A stretch of DNA of 64,000 bases from positions 330,425-394,424 of the forward strand of contig CAWFPD010000004.1 of assembly GCA_963817725.1 (NCBI GenBank), written 5' to 3'. The position numbers and the translations under genes were made by a program. The stretch is from an uncultured delta proteobacterium (GTDB taxonomy: Bacteria > Myxococcota_A > Polyangia > Polyangiales > Houyiibacteriaceae). Below the pieces are notes generated by a model. That model searched no databases. It was not told the origin of the DNA and worked only from the letters and a program-made list of their open reading frames with translations. Positions 52,074 through 61,169 of this stretch are shown one piece after another. How positions within the stretch are numbered: position 1 is the stretch's first letter; every line of letters begins with the position of its first letter.

Positions 52074-53180
52074 TTATAACAGAAAGACGTCCTCCAAGTC
52101 GTCGAAGGCGGTGGCGCGCCACCGGGCGAGCGGGCTCTGCCCTTCGAGAAGGTCTTTGGTGGCAGCTAGCACGGCGGGGAGATCCACGAGGTAGCAATAC
52201 GGATCGGCCGAGGCGCGCACGCCCACACCGGGTGGAAGATCCATCGGTGGAAGCCAGGACACCATTTTTCGGTGCTCGCCGTCGATGACGGCTCGTACTG
52301 CGACGTTGCCCAAGCGGCTGCCGAGCAGACGATCGAATGCGCTCGGTCGACCGCCGCGCACGACATGCCCGAGGACCGTTACCCGGGTTTCGACGTCTTC
52401 CTGATCCTCCCCCGTCGCTTCGCGAAGCTGGGAATCGACCAGTGACTTCAAACGATCGGTAGACGTCGGAACGCCCTCGGCCTTGATCGCCACCACTTTT
52501 TGGTTTTCTTGGTGCCGCTCGCGCACGGTGAGAATCGTATTGACGACGGATCGGACCAACTCTTCTTCGGTGCGCACGGCCTCGGGGAACAGAACCATGT
52601 TGGCGCCGGAGGCAATGGCAGATGTCATGGCGAGGTAGCCGCAATCGCGCCCCATGACCTCGATGATGAACGTTCGACCGTGTGCGGTGGCGGTGTCCGC
52701 AATGCGGTCGCAGGCTTCGACGATGGTATTCATGGCCGTGTCGACACCGATGGCGAGCCCCGTCAGGGCGACGTCGTTGTCGATCGAAGCCGGTATGCCG
52801 ATGCACCGCACGGGCCAGTCCTTGGCTTCGTGCGGATCGCTCAGGAGGGTAAGCCCGGTGAGCGAACCGTTTCCCCCGATCACGATCAGGCCGTCGACCC
52901 CCTGCTCCGTCAAGAATTCACGCGCCTGTTGGCGCGCAGCCGTCTCGTAAAACCTCTTGCAACGGGCGGAATGCAAGATGGTGCCGCCCTCTCGAAGGAT
53001 GTCGTGCACGTCATTCGCGGTGATCGGACGGACATTCCCATCCATGAGGCCTCGGTAGCCGTATCGCACACCTAGGACCCGGTGCCCCTTGGCCAGGGCG
53101 ACCATCGTCACGGCCCGAATCGCGGCGTTCATTCCGGGGGAGTCGCCGCCGCTGGTGAGAATCGCGATCGTCTTCGACAC
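52074..53180 (-). CDS. pfkA: 6-phosphofructokinase
   Basis: AGGAGG lies 4 nt before the GTG at 53180. Motifs TIAILTSGGDSPGMNAAIRAV, VIGGNGSLTG, IGIPASIDND and MGRDCGYLA. Confidence 0.85.
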   Translation of the reverse strand: MSKTIAILTSGGDSPGMNAAIRAVTMVALAKGHRVLGVRYGYRGLMDGNVRPITANDVHDILREGGTILHSARCKRFYETAARQQAREFLTEQGVDGLIVIGGNGSLTGLTLLSDPHEAKDWPVRCIGIPASIDNDVALTGLAIGVDTAMNTIVEACDRIADTATAHGRTFIIEVMGRDCGYLAMTSAIASGANMVLFPEAVRTEEELVRSVVNTILTVRERHQENQKVVAIKAEGVPTSTDRLKSLVDSQLREATGEDQEDVETRVTVLGHVVRGGRPSAFDRLLGSRLGNVAVRAVIDGEHRKMVSWLPPMDLPPGVGVRASADPYCYLVDLPAVLAATKDLLEGQSPLARWRATAFDDLEDVFLL

Positions 53181-53288
53181 CGGTCCTCCTGACAGAGCTA
53201 CTCTTATCTCATGGGACCCGGACCTCCGCCAAGCCGGATTCGACGCCGTGCGGCTGTTGACTACGCTGAACTGCGGTAAGCTCCGTAG

Positions 53289-54530
53289 ATGGATGAACCC
53301 GCGGTGGTGTCTCGGATCGTGCACGATTCGTACGAGCGATCTGCTCGGCTGATGCCCAATGGGCCCTGGTGGGAGCATCTCGACGAAGATTTCGCGCGCA
53401 GTCCCGAGAAATTCGACTTGGCGCGCGCCGATCGATTGCAGATCGGCGCTGCTGCTGCATTTGATCACCTGGTACGGGCGGCGGTCGGCACCGTGGTGGG
53501 CGCCACCGCCATTCCCGTTGGCTTCAATCCGATCGAGCTCCGCCGCTCCATGCGAAGCGTGGGCCTATACGCCGAGATCGCGGAGTCCGGCGATGCGAGC
53601 CGCTTTTTTCACAATCCGCCGTCCGGAGTCCGAGTGCGCTTGAAGAAGGGGCGATGGTTTCCGCGTTTCGAGCCGGAAGACGGCATGTGCGAGGTTCTGC
53701 GCTTCGACAGTCCCTTCCAGCCGGTGCACCCCGCCCAACACCGGCCCTATCTTCGCCACGATCGAAACCGCATCGCGTACGCGCGGCTCATTCGGCACCG
53801 TGACGGACCGCGACCGACGATCGTGGCGATTCATGGGTTCATGGCCGAAGGCTACCTGATCAACGAATGGTTTTTCGCCTTGCCTTGGTTCTACCGAATG
53901 GGTTGTGACATCGCGCTATTCACGTTGCCATTCCACGGACCGCGCCAAACACGCTTCTCCCCCTTTTCGGGCCATGGCTTCTTCGCGGGCGGCTCGGCTC
54001 GCTTCAACGAGGCGGTTGCGCAATCGGTTTTGGACTTTCGGATCTTGTTCAATTGGCTTCAGCGCGAGCAGGGCGTCGAGCAGGTGGGCGTCACGGGCTT
54101 GAGCCTCGGTGGCTTCATCTCTTCGATGTTGGCAAGCGTCGAGAGCAGACTGGCATTCGCGCTACCGAACGTGCCGATCATCAGCGTGGCGGATCTGATG
54201 CTGGAGTGGCAGCCGATCGGTGCCCTGATGCGTGCTGCGCTTGCCGTCTCCGGGCTCGGCCCTGCCGATGCACGGCGCCTGGTGGCGGCCAGCTGTCCGC
54301 TCACGTATCCGCCCGTATTGCCCCGCGAACGGTTGATGATCGTCGGTGGCGCGGGGGACCGGCTGGCCCCTCCCAAGCACTCCCGGCTGCTGTGGGATCA
54401 TTGGCAGCGCTGCAGGATTTACTGGTTTCCCGGAAGCCATAGCATCCATCTCGACCGCGGAAAGTACCTGACCGAGATGGCTCGCTTTATGGTGGGCTTG
54501 GGTTTCTTACAGGCAGGGAGCGCACGATGA
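53289..54530 (+). CDS. Alpha/beta-fold hydrolase
   Basis: Oxyanion region IVAIHGF and nucleophile elbow GLSLGG. The 3' end overlaps the WS/DGAT start (ATGA). Confidence 0.7.
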   Translation: MDEPAVVSRIVHDSYERSARLMPNGPWWEHLDEDFARSPEKFDLARADRLQIGAAAAFDHLVRAAVGTVVGATAIPVGFNPIELRRSMRSVGLYAEIAESGDASRFFHNPPSGVRVRLKKGRWFPRFEPEDGMCEVLRFDSPFQPVHPAQHRPYLRHDRNRIAYARLIRHRDGPRPTIVAIHGFMAEGYLINEWFFALPWFYRMGCDIALFTLPFHGPRQTRFSPFSGHGFFAGGSARFNEAVAQSVLDFRILFNWLQREQGVEQVGVTGLSLGGFISSMLASVESRLAFALPNVPIISVADLMLEWQPIGALMRAALAVSGLGPADARRLVAASCPLTYPPVLPRERLMIVGGAGDRLAPPKHSRLLWDHWQRCRIYWFPGSHSIHLDRGKYLTEMARFMVGLGFLQAGSAR

Positions 54531-55960
54531 TCCCCGTAGCGACACTCGACGCCGCCATGCTCTACGCGGAGACGAAGGAGATGCCCATGCACACCATGGG
54601 CGTTTTGATCCTCGAACTGCAAGACGAGTCACAGGCAGCCATCGAGGGACGGTCGCCCTTCGAAGTCGTACAGCAGCGGTTCGCCGAGCGCATCCACTTG
54701 ATCCCCGCGTTTCGGCGACGGTTGGTGCAAGGGCCGCTCCAGATCGGCGACCCTCATTGGATCGAGGACCCATCGTTCGATCTCGACAAGCACCTGGTGC
54801 GCATCACGCTGCCCTCTCCGGGCACGATGCGCGACCTTTGTGAGCTCGTCGGCACTTTCGCGGCGAGCTGCCTCGATCGGGATCGTCCGCTGTGGAAAGC
54901 CGCGCTGGTCGAAGGCCTCGAGGACGGCAAGATCGCATTGATCATGAAGATTCACCACGCGGCGATGGATGGCGGCCGCGCTGCGGCCATCGCCAGCCAA
55001 CTGCTCGATACGAGCCTCGAAGGCGGAGAAGATCCGCCCCCCGGCGAGCCATGGATCCCCGACCGAGAGCCTTCCGTTTCTTGGCTAGCCGCCGACACGG
55101 TCAAAACGTTGGTTGGCAAGCCGCGACGCGCCGCACAGGCGGCAGCAAGAGTGGCCTCCGCAGTCCGGGCCCGGGGCCGCGCTCCGCAAGCACCGAAAAG
55201 CGACAGGCCCGCGCCGCCGTCCTTGTTCGACTCCCCTCCGACGCCTTTCAACGGCGCCCTCACATCGAACCGCTCCGTGGCGCTCGCCGATGTGGCGTTC
55301 GACGACGTGAAAGCGATCAAGCGCGCTTTCGGAACCACGGTGAACGACGTGGTGCTTGCGGCCTGCACCGCGAGCCTGCGATCTTGGCTCCTTGCCCACG
55401 GCGGACTTCCCGACCGTCCCTTGGTCGCGACGGTTCCCGTATCGGTTCGGCATGAAGGGGAGGACGCAGGCAACCGGGTGTCGGTGATCCGAGTGCATCT
55501 TCCCATCCAAAGCGAGGATCCCGTAGCCCGACTGATGAGCATCCACGAGGAGACGGCTCAGCGGAAAGAGCGACACAACCTCGGAGGCGGAGGCGGAGGC
55601 GACGTGCTCAGGAACTTCGCCGACGTGGTCAGCAACATCAGCGTGCCATGGATTCTGACCCACGTAATGAGCTTGTATTCGTCCTGGCATCTCGCCGATC
55701 GAGTTCCCCCGCTCTGGAACCTCGTCATCTCGAACATCGCGGGACCTCCGAAGCCGCTGTACTCACAGGGGGCGTTGCTCACGCATCTCTTTCCCCTGGG
55801 CCCGGTGCAACAAGGGTCGGGCCTCAACATCACGGTCATGAGCGTCGTGGATCGCCTCTGCTTTGGAGCATTGGCGTGCGCGGACTTGGTGCCCGACGTG
55901 GAGGATCTCGGTACTGGCTTCGTAGATGAAATCGAGCGGCTCTGCTCGATCTCACCATGA
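54527..55960 (+). CDS. Wax-ester synthase/diacylglycerol acyltransferase (WS/DGAT), intact
   Basis: Has the N-terminal LDAAMLYAETKEMPMH, the catalytic HHAAMDGG (HHxxxDG), NVAGP-like ISNIAGPPKPLY, and VMSVVDRLCFG. Confidence 0.85.
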   Translation: MIPVATLDAAMLYAETKEMPMHTMGVLILELQDESQAAIEGRSPFEVVQQRFAERIHLIPAFRRRLVQGPLQIGDPHWIEDPSFDLDKHLVRITLPSPGTMRDLCELVGTFAASCLDRDRPLWKAALVEGLEDGKIALIMKIHHAAMDGGRAAAIASQLLDTSLEGGEDPPPGEPWIPDREPSVSWLAADTVKTLVGKPRRAAQAAARVASAVRARGRAPQAPKSDRPAPPSLFDSPPTPFNGALTSNRSVALADVAFDDVKAIKRAFGTTVNDVVLAACTASLRSWLLAHGGLPDRPLVATVPVSVRHEGEDAGNRVSVIRVHLPIQSEDPVARLMSIHEETAQRKERHNLGGGGGGDVLRNFADVVSNISVPWILTHVMSLYSSWHLADRVPPLWNLVISNIAGPPKPLYSQGALLTHLFPLGPVQQGSGLNITVMSVVDRLCFGALACADLVPDVEDLGTGFVDEIERLCSISP

Positions 55961-57628
55961 CGGCCGCCAGGTCAGGTTTGATCCCAGCACCAGAACCCGC
56001 ACGTCTGAACCGAACATCCCGTCGGCTCGAAGGCCGAAATCCAAGTCGTCTCGCAGCGACAAGTAGAGGACTCCGCCAGCCGATTGCTGGAAATAGCTGT
56101 CCGGCGAAGCGTCATACTGATTGATCGACGCCCGATAGTACGCCGAGAGCTCGGCGATTCGGCCGATGTCGACACCGAGACCGAGACGAGCCGCATAATC
56201 CGCGACGAACGATTGGGCATAGGCCGCCACCGACACGTCAGCCCAACCGATCTCGCCGATGCGCAGGAAGCGCGCCTGCAGATAGCCGGTGATCTGGTCG
56301 TATTGATCGTCCGTTTGGCTGTGGACGATGCTGGCGCCTCCATAGAGCGCTACCCGCGAGAACGTGAAGCTCAAGTCGACGCCTCCGAAATAGCGATGGT
56401 CGTAGCTGTTCACGCATACGAGGGCATCGCCCGTGCTGGTCGTCGGGTCGGGCGCGGTGTTGCAAAGATACCCGAGCGGCAAATACGCGGTGAGCCAAAG
56501 CGATCGCTCCGGCAGACGCATGTCGAAACGGCCCGATATCTGGAAAAGCCCGAAACGTATCGAGGCATCCAGCCCTGCCATGCTCACCTCGGCCCGCGGC
56601 GCGAGCCAGGGGTTGTTCGCATCGTGTAGGGATAGCTCGAAATGCCCGGAGACGCGGGCTGTTCCTGGAAACACGTCGAATTCAGCATTCAAACGGCGCT
56701 CGTCGATTTCCCCCATGAAGATCGATCCATGGGCCGAGAGCGCCACGTACGGGTGGGAATCGAGCGTGTCGTTTTGATAGGCGAGCTCGGCGCCAAAACG
56801 GGCGGTATCGAGGGATGGGTAGTTGTCGAGTGGCTTGGGGACGGTGCCCCCAAAGGCGCCGATCGAAAAGCCCGCCCACGAAGGCGAGCGCACTCGAACG
56901 CCATCGAGCTGCCCCACACCCACCGCCACGTAAGGAAGCCTTCCGAGGGCGGCTTGCGGGGTCAGCGCGTTACCATAGCCAAACTGGAGCTCGCGCACCC
57001 GAACGATCGGCCGCGAGGAGCTTCCCGGACGATTCTGAATGTCGCCCCCGAACCAGGACTGCACCGCGACATCGACGTCGAAGAATACGGGTTGCTCGAA
57101 GGGCTCGGCATGAAGCCCCGCTCGCAGGGCCGCTCTGCCGAAGGAATTGCCTTCGCTGAGCGCGATGGTGCCTCCCACGTCGGTAGAGAGGAAGAGATCG
57201 ATCTTCTCTCCATCCGACCAAGTCCCGAGGGGTACGTAGTCCGGTTCTTGTTTGGTCGCCGGCAGCACGGGCTCGGGCCACTGGTCTTGGTAGGCGCTCA
57301 ACGGCTTCGGCTTGGGCAGCGCAGCAGCGACCTTGACTTCCCTCGACGCCTGCGAACGTCCCGTGGCGCCGGGCCGCAGCTCGCGTCCGCGCAACTCTAC
57401 TACGGAGTTCGTGCGGGTGACCGCAACGACTTGGTAGCGGCGATTGCGGAACACCACAACCGAGCCGATCTCGATCCCGGCATCCTGACCTGGCCGGAGA
57501 TAGGCCCGCCCGCCAGCCACCTCGACCACCTTGACCGTGACCGACTGCCGGGACTCTGCGTTCGCTCCCGACGTCAAGGCCACGATCCACATGAGCGCGC
57601 CGCAAGCTCGGAGGCAAACCTTCCTCAT
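55952..57628 (-). CDS. Predicted large outer-membrane beta-barrel (porin-like) protein; last gene of the multihaem cytochrome operon
   Basis: Signal peptide (ALTSGANA-ES). There are many alternating amphipathic strands, for example AEVSMAGLDASIRFGLFQISGRFDMRL and GGVLYLSLRDDLDFGLRADGMFG. The C-terminal residue is aromatic (TWRPSW). The ATG overlaps the upstream stop (57625-57628). Confidence 0.6.
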   Translation of the reverse strand: MRKVCLRACGALMWIVALTSGANAESRQSVTVKVVEVAGGRAYLRPGQDAGIEIGSVVVFRNRRYQVVAVTRTNSVVELRGRELRPGATGRSQASREVKVAAALPKPKPLSAYQDQWPEPVLPATKQEPDYVPLGTWSDGEKIDLFLSTDVGGTIALSEGNSFGRAALRAGLHAEPFEQPVFFDVDVAVQSWFGGDIQNRPGSSSRPIVRVRELQFGYGNALTPQAALGRLPYVAVGVGQLDGVRVRSPSWAGFSIGAFGGTVPKPLDNYPSLDTARFGAELAYQNDTLDSHPYVALSAHGSIFMGEIDERRLNAEFDVFPGTARVSGHFELSLHDANNPWLAPRAEVSMAGLDASIRFGLFQISGRFDMRLPERSLWLTAYLPLGYLCNTAPDPTTSTGDALVCVNSYDHRYFGGVDLSFTFSRVALYGGASIVHSQTDDQYDQITGYLQARFLRIGEIGWADVSVAAYAQSFVADYAARLGLGVDIGRIAELSAYYRASINQYDASPDSYFQQSAGGVLYLSLRDDLDFGLRADGMFGSDVRVLVLGSNLTWRPSW

Positions 57629-58542
57629 CGCGCCGTGCCTCCAGGATGGCATCCCAAGCAAGCGTGGGCGCTACCCGAGACGCGCTGCTTGTGTTGCTGT
57701 TGCAGCACGACCGCGTTGTGTGCGTGGCATCCCGTGCACCGGACGAATCGAGGCGTCTGCGCGGAGGTGTGGCAGCTGTTGCAACTCGCTCCACGATGGG
57801 GACCACGCGAAATGGGGAACGATCGATCGTGATTGGCGGGGACTGCCATTCCCCCCAGTCCGCCACGCACGGCGGCCGTCGTTGCGGCCGCAAGCGCGGT
57901 GGGGTCGATGAATGCAGGGCTCCAGGCGTGCGCCGTATGACATTGCGAGCAGTTCTGCGAAAACGGAGCGGTCGTTGCGGTTCCGCGATGGTCTGGATGA
58001 ACGTCGGGATCCAAATAGTCACTGGCGTGGCACGCAAAGCAATTGCTTTGTACCGTGGTCCATTGCCGTTCTCCGTTGCGCAGATGGCACTCGGTACAGG
58101 CCGCCAATGCGTGCATGCCCGTCAGCGGGAAGCGGGTTCGCCGATGGATTTCGAATGCCTCCATGTCGTTCCACCGCTTCGACGAATGACAGCTGTCGCA
58201 GCGGGCGCTCAGCCGCGACTGGTGCGGGTCCTTGTGGCACATGCTGCACTCACGTGTGACTCGCCGCTCGCCCTGGTGGCAACCGTTGCAAGCCACCGAC
58301 TCGTGCCTTCCGGTCAAGGGGAAACCCGTGCGGGAGTGGTCGAAGCCCTCCCCTTGCTTGCCGCCCGCCATGTTCCATCCAGCCGGTGTGTGGCAGTTGG
58401 CGCAATCGAGTCCCTCGGTGATCGAGTTGTGCCGGGACGCGACAGCGCTCGCCTTGCCCCGATCCGGATCCTTGGCCAGCGCAATACCCACAGCCCCTGC
58501 GAGGCCGGCTGCGACGACCGTGAAGAGCAAAGCCCGCTTCAC
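57625..58542 (-). CDS. Decahaem c-type cytochrome (10 CxxCH), secreted
   Basis: Ten CxxCH motifs counted: CANCH, CNGCH, CSMCH, CDSCH, CTECH, CFACH, CSQCH, CNSCH, CTGCH, CLGCH. Has a signal peptide. The GTG start overlaps the upstream TGA (GTGA at 58539-58542). Confidence 0.85.
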   Translation of the reverse strand: MKRALLFTVVAAGLAGAVGIALAKDPDRGKASAVASRHNSITEGLDCANCHTPAGWNMAGGKQGEGFDHSRTGFPLTGRHESVACNGCHQGERRVTRECSMCHKDPHQSRLSARCDSCHSSKRWNDMEAFEIHRRTRFPLTGMHALAACTECHLRNGERQWTTVQSNCFACHASDYLDPDVHPDHRGTATTAPFSQNCSQCHTAHAWSPAFIDPTALAAATTAAVRGGLGGMAVPANHDRSFPISRGPHRGASCNSCHTSAQTPRFVRCTGCHAHNAVVLQQQHKQRVSGSAHACLGCHPGGTAR

Positions 58543-60176
58543 CTTCCCCCCTTTCGCCGCGCGTGCGGATTGGCATGACAATCGGCACATTCCGTGTAAC
58601 CAAGACGGTATCGAATGACTTTGGACCCGCTACGAAGACGTTCCTTTCGATGGCACGCCACACACTTGAGATCCGCATGCACCCCTTCGAGGGGGTAATC
58701 GGCCAGCTCCGCATGGTCGAAGGATTCGATCTCGAACGAAACGGTCACATGACATGCGTCGCACTCTCGCTCGGGCGGTGTGAGGCGGAACTGCCCAGCA
58801 TGTACGTCGGTATGACAGCCGGAACATTCGCGTGGAGCTCCGCGGTATGTTGCGCCACTACCGCGGGCGCGGTCGCCCGGCGAGGCTTGATGACAGCTGT
58901 CACACGGCGTGCTGGCATGAACCCCGGTCAACGGCCACGAGCTGTGATCGATTTTGGGCGCATCCCATCCGCTCGAGGAATGACAGCTCGCACAGCCTCC
59001 CTCGGCCATTTCCTTGGCGAACTGGTCACCATGCGGGTTCTCGTGGCAATCGGCGCACTGCCTGCTCTTGACCCGGAGGTCGTACCTAGGCCGCTTGCCA
59101 CTGTGGCAGCTGCTGCAGGGAACTGCCTGGTGTTTCCCCTCCAGAGGAAAGTCCGTGCGGCCGTGTTGGGCTACGGAGAAGGAAGTCGGCCAAAAGCCCT
59201 GCTCATCGTGGCAGGTCGCGCAGTCCGTAGAGCCGAATTCGCCTCGGTGCGCATCGCGGTGGCAATCGGTGCACGCGGAGTACTTTAGACCCCGATAGCG
59301 ACGCGCTACGGGAAGCTTCGGAAGATGGCAGCGATTGCACGCGACCTCGGAGTGCATCCCTTCCAGTGGAAAGGCGGTCATCGGATGCGCGCGAAGACCG
59401 ACTCGTCGTGGCAAACCGAACCAACGAATGTTGGCGTGGCAGTTCTCGCACCGGTCGCCGAACTTGGCTTGGTGCACCTGTGCGTGGCAGGCGACGCACT
59501 CCGCGCCCGCGCTCGGCGGGTTGGTGTTGCCTTTGTCGTGACAGGCCTCGCACTTCGTCTTGGCATGACCCCCGGCCAGGCTCAGACCGGGATGATTGCT
59601 CCTGGCGTTCGTGACCTGGCTCCAGTCGGTTTCGTTGTGGCACGAGGTGCATTCGGCGTTGGCGAACCTGCCTTCGTGGGGATCCTCGTGGCAGGACACG
59701 CAGTCGGTCTTCAGACCGAGAAACGTCGCATGACCGCGCCGGTTCTTGCGATCATGGCAATCATCGCATTTCACCGGCGCGTGAGCGCCCTTGAGCGGCC
59801 AACCCGCTTGGCGATGGTCGAAGCGCTCGCGCGTGCCACCTGGCCACCGAACCAGCTTGGCGTTTCTTCCGAGATGCTCGACGTGGCATTGGCCACAGTC
59901 CTGCCCTCGATACTCGCGACCGTGCAGGCCTGCTTGCTGCCGTATCCGAGCGCGCAAGTCATCGTGGCAGCCGAGACAGGCGTCGGTATCGAGCCGCTGA
60001 CCGGTCGAATGGCACTCGTTGCATTTCGCATCTCCCTCGAGGTCCGCGTGGGCGTTGGTCAGCTTGCCCGGCGACAGGAACTGGGCGCCGGTTGACCGAG
60101 GCACAAGCACGCCCGTGACCGCGGCCGCGATCATCAGCGAGCCCAGCAACGCCATGGCTTTCGTGCGCCCGCTCAT
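58539..60176 (-). CDS. 20-haem c-type cytochrome (c7/c3-type repeated modules), secreted
   Basis: Twenty CxxCH motifs counted, with the recurring module FxH...PLxGxH....CxxCH. Has a signal peptide. The ATG overlaps the upstream stop (ATGA at 60173-60176). Confidence 0.85.
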   Translation of the reverse strand: MSGRTKAMALLGSLMIAAAVTGVLVPRSTGAQFLSPGKLTNAHADLEGDAKCNECHSTGQRLDTDACLGCHDDLRARIRQQAGLHGREYRGQDCGQCHVEHLGRNAKLVRWPGGTRERFDHRQAGWPLKGAHAPVKCDDCHDRKNRRGHATFLGLKTDCVSCHEDPHEGRFANAECTSCHNETDWSQVTNARSNHPGLSLAGGHAKTKCEACHDKGNTNPPSAGAECVACHAQVHQAKFGDRCENCHANIRWFGLPRRVGLRAHPMTAFPLEGMHSEVACNRCHLPKLPVARRYRGLKYSACTDCHRDAHRGEFGSTDCATCHDEQGFWPTSFSVAQHGRTDFPLEGKHQAVPCSSCHSGKRPRYDLRVKSRQCADCHENPHGDQFAKEMAEGGCASCHSSSGWDAPKIDHSSWPLTGVHASTPCDSCHQASPGDRARGSGATYRGAPRECSGCHTDVHAGQFRLTPPERECDACHVTVSFEIESFDHAELADYPLEGVHADLKCVACHRKERLRSGSKVIRYRLGYTECADCHANPHARRKGGR

Positions 60177-61060
60177 TGGGAAAAAATCCATCGGTAGCCG
60201 TAGATCCAGGCGACGGCGATGTGCACGGGAACGAGCAACACCAGGATGAGCGCGAGCAAGCGGTGGAACCCTCGCCACGACTGAAGCAGAGACGAGGCGC
60301 CCACCGCGACGACCTCGCGAGTCGCATACTTACGAACGGCGCGCTTGGCCTTTCGAAAGCGCCGGCGTTCCTTGCGGCCAAGAACACCAGCTACCGGGGC
60401 ATCTTCGATGACGTAGCTGACGATGAAGCCGCGGGACCGCGCGTCGCGCGCCCACTTTGGGACGGCGGCGAGCTTGGCAAGCAACCACCGGTGCGTATCG
60501 ACCTGGGTGACCTTGTGGATGGTGAGCGCGTGGTACACCCGCGTGCTGCATCCGGGAGCCAGCTCGTCCAACGATGCAAGCGCCCGCTCGAGCCCGGCGC
60601 GATCGGGACGCGGCGTGAGGGCGTAGAGGTATCGGCCCGCAACGCCCGTCGCCACCACGACCCCGAGACTGACCGCCGTGACCTGGGCGATGGGCGTTCG
60701 AAACTGGAAAGCGGAGTGAAATAGGATGAGAAGCGAGCCGATGAGGCCGGTAAAGACGTGTAGGTGTAGCCAACTCGCCATCGAACCAAGAGACCACCGA
60801 GCCAAACGGCGGCGCGCCAGGTAAAGAAGGTTGGCGAGGATCAGAACCGTGCCCACGATGCCGTACCCGTGCCCCACCAGGCCACCTGGCCGCAGAGAGT
60901 CGTACGCGCGGTGCTCGACCCGCGATTCGAGATCCGACAAGTAGAAGTCTTTGCCGACATCCCAAAGCACGTACGCCAGCACGCACAGCGCGAGCAGCAC
61001 GAGCAGAACGGCGGTTCGATCCGCACGGCGCTTCCCAGCACTCTTGGTTTGCCTCGCCAC
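60173..61060 (-). CDS. Polytopic inner-membrane protein with His in TM helices (possible haem-b/quinol-interacting partner)
   Basis: About five hydrophobic helices. His residues sit in WLHLHVFTGLIGSLLILFHSAF and FHRLLALILVLLVPVHIAVAW. GTG start. It is the first gene of the coupled operon. Confidence 0.55.
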   Translation of the reverse strand: MARQTKSAGKRRADRTAVLLVLLALCVLAYVLWDVGKDFYLSDLESRVEHRAYDSLRPGGLVGHGYGIVGTVLILANLLYLARRRLARWSLGSMASWLHLHVFTGLIGSLLILFHSAFQFRTPIAQVTAVSLGVVVATGVAGRYLYALTPRPDRAGLERALASLDELAPGCSTRVYHALTIHKVTQVDTHRWLLAKLAAVPKWARDARSRGFIVSYVIEDAPVAGVLGRKERRRFRKAKRAVRKYATREVVAVGASSLLQSWRGFHRLLALILVLLVPVHIAVAWIYGYRWIFSQ

Positions 61061-61169
61061 AGGCCCCCTACGGCACGACCCCTACAGACGGCGGGTCCCC
61101 CGCCCCCCCTGCATGTTAGACTGGCACCATACCAGACGGCCAATATTGATACAAAAGGGTCGATATCCG

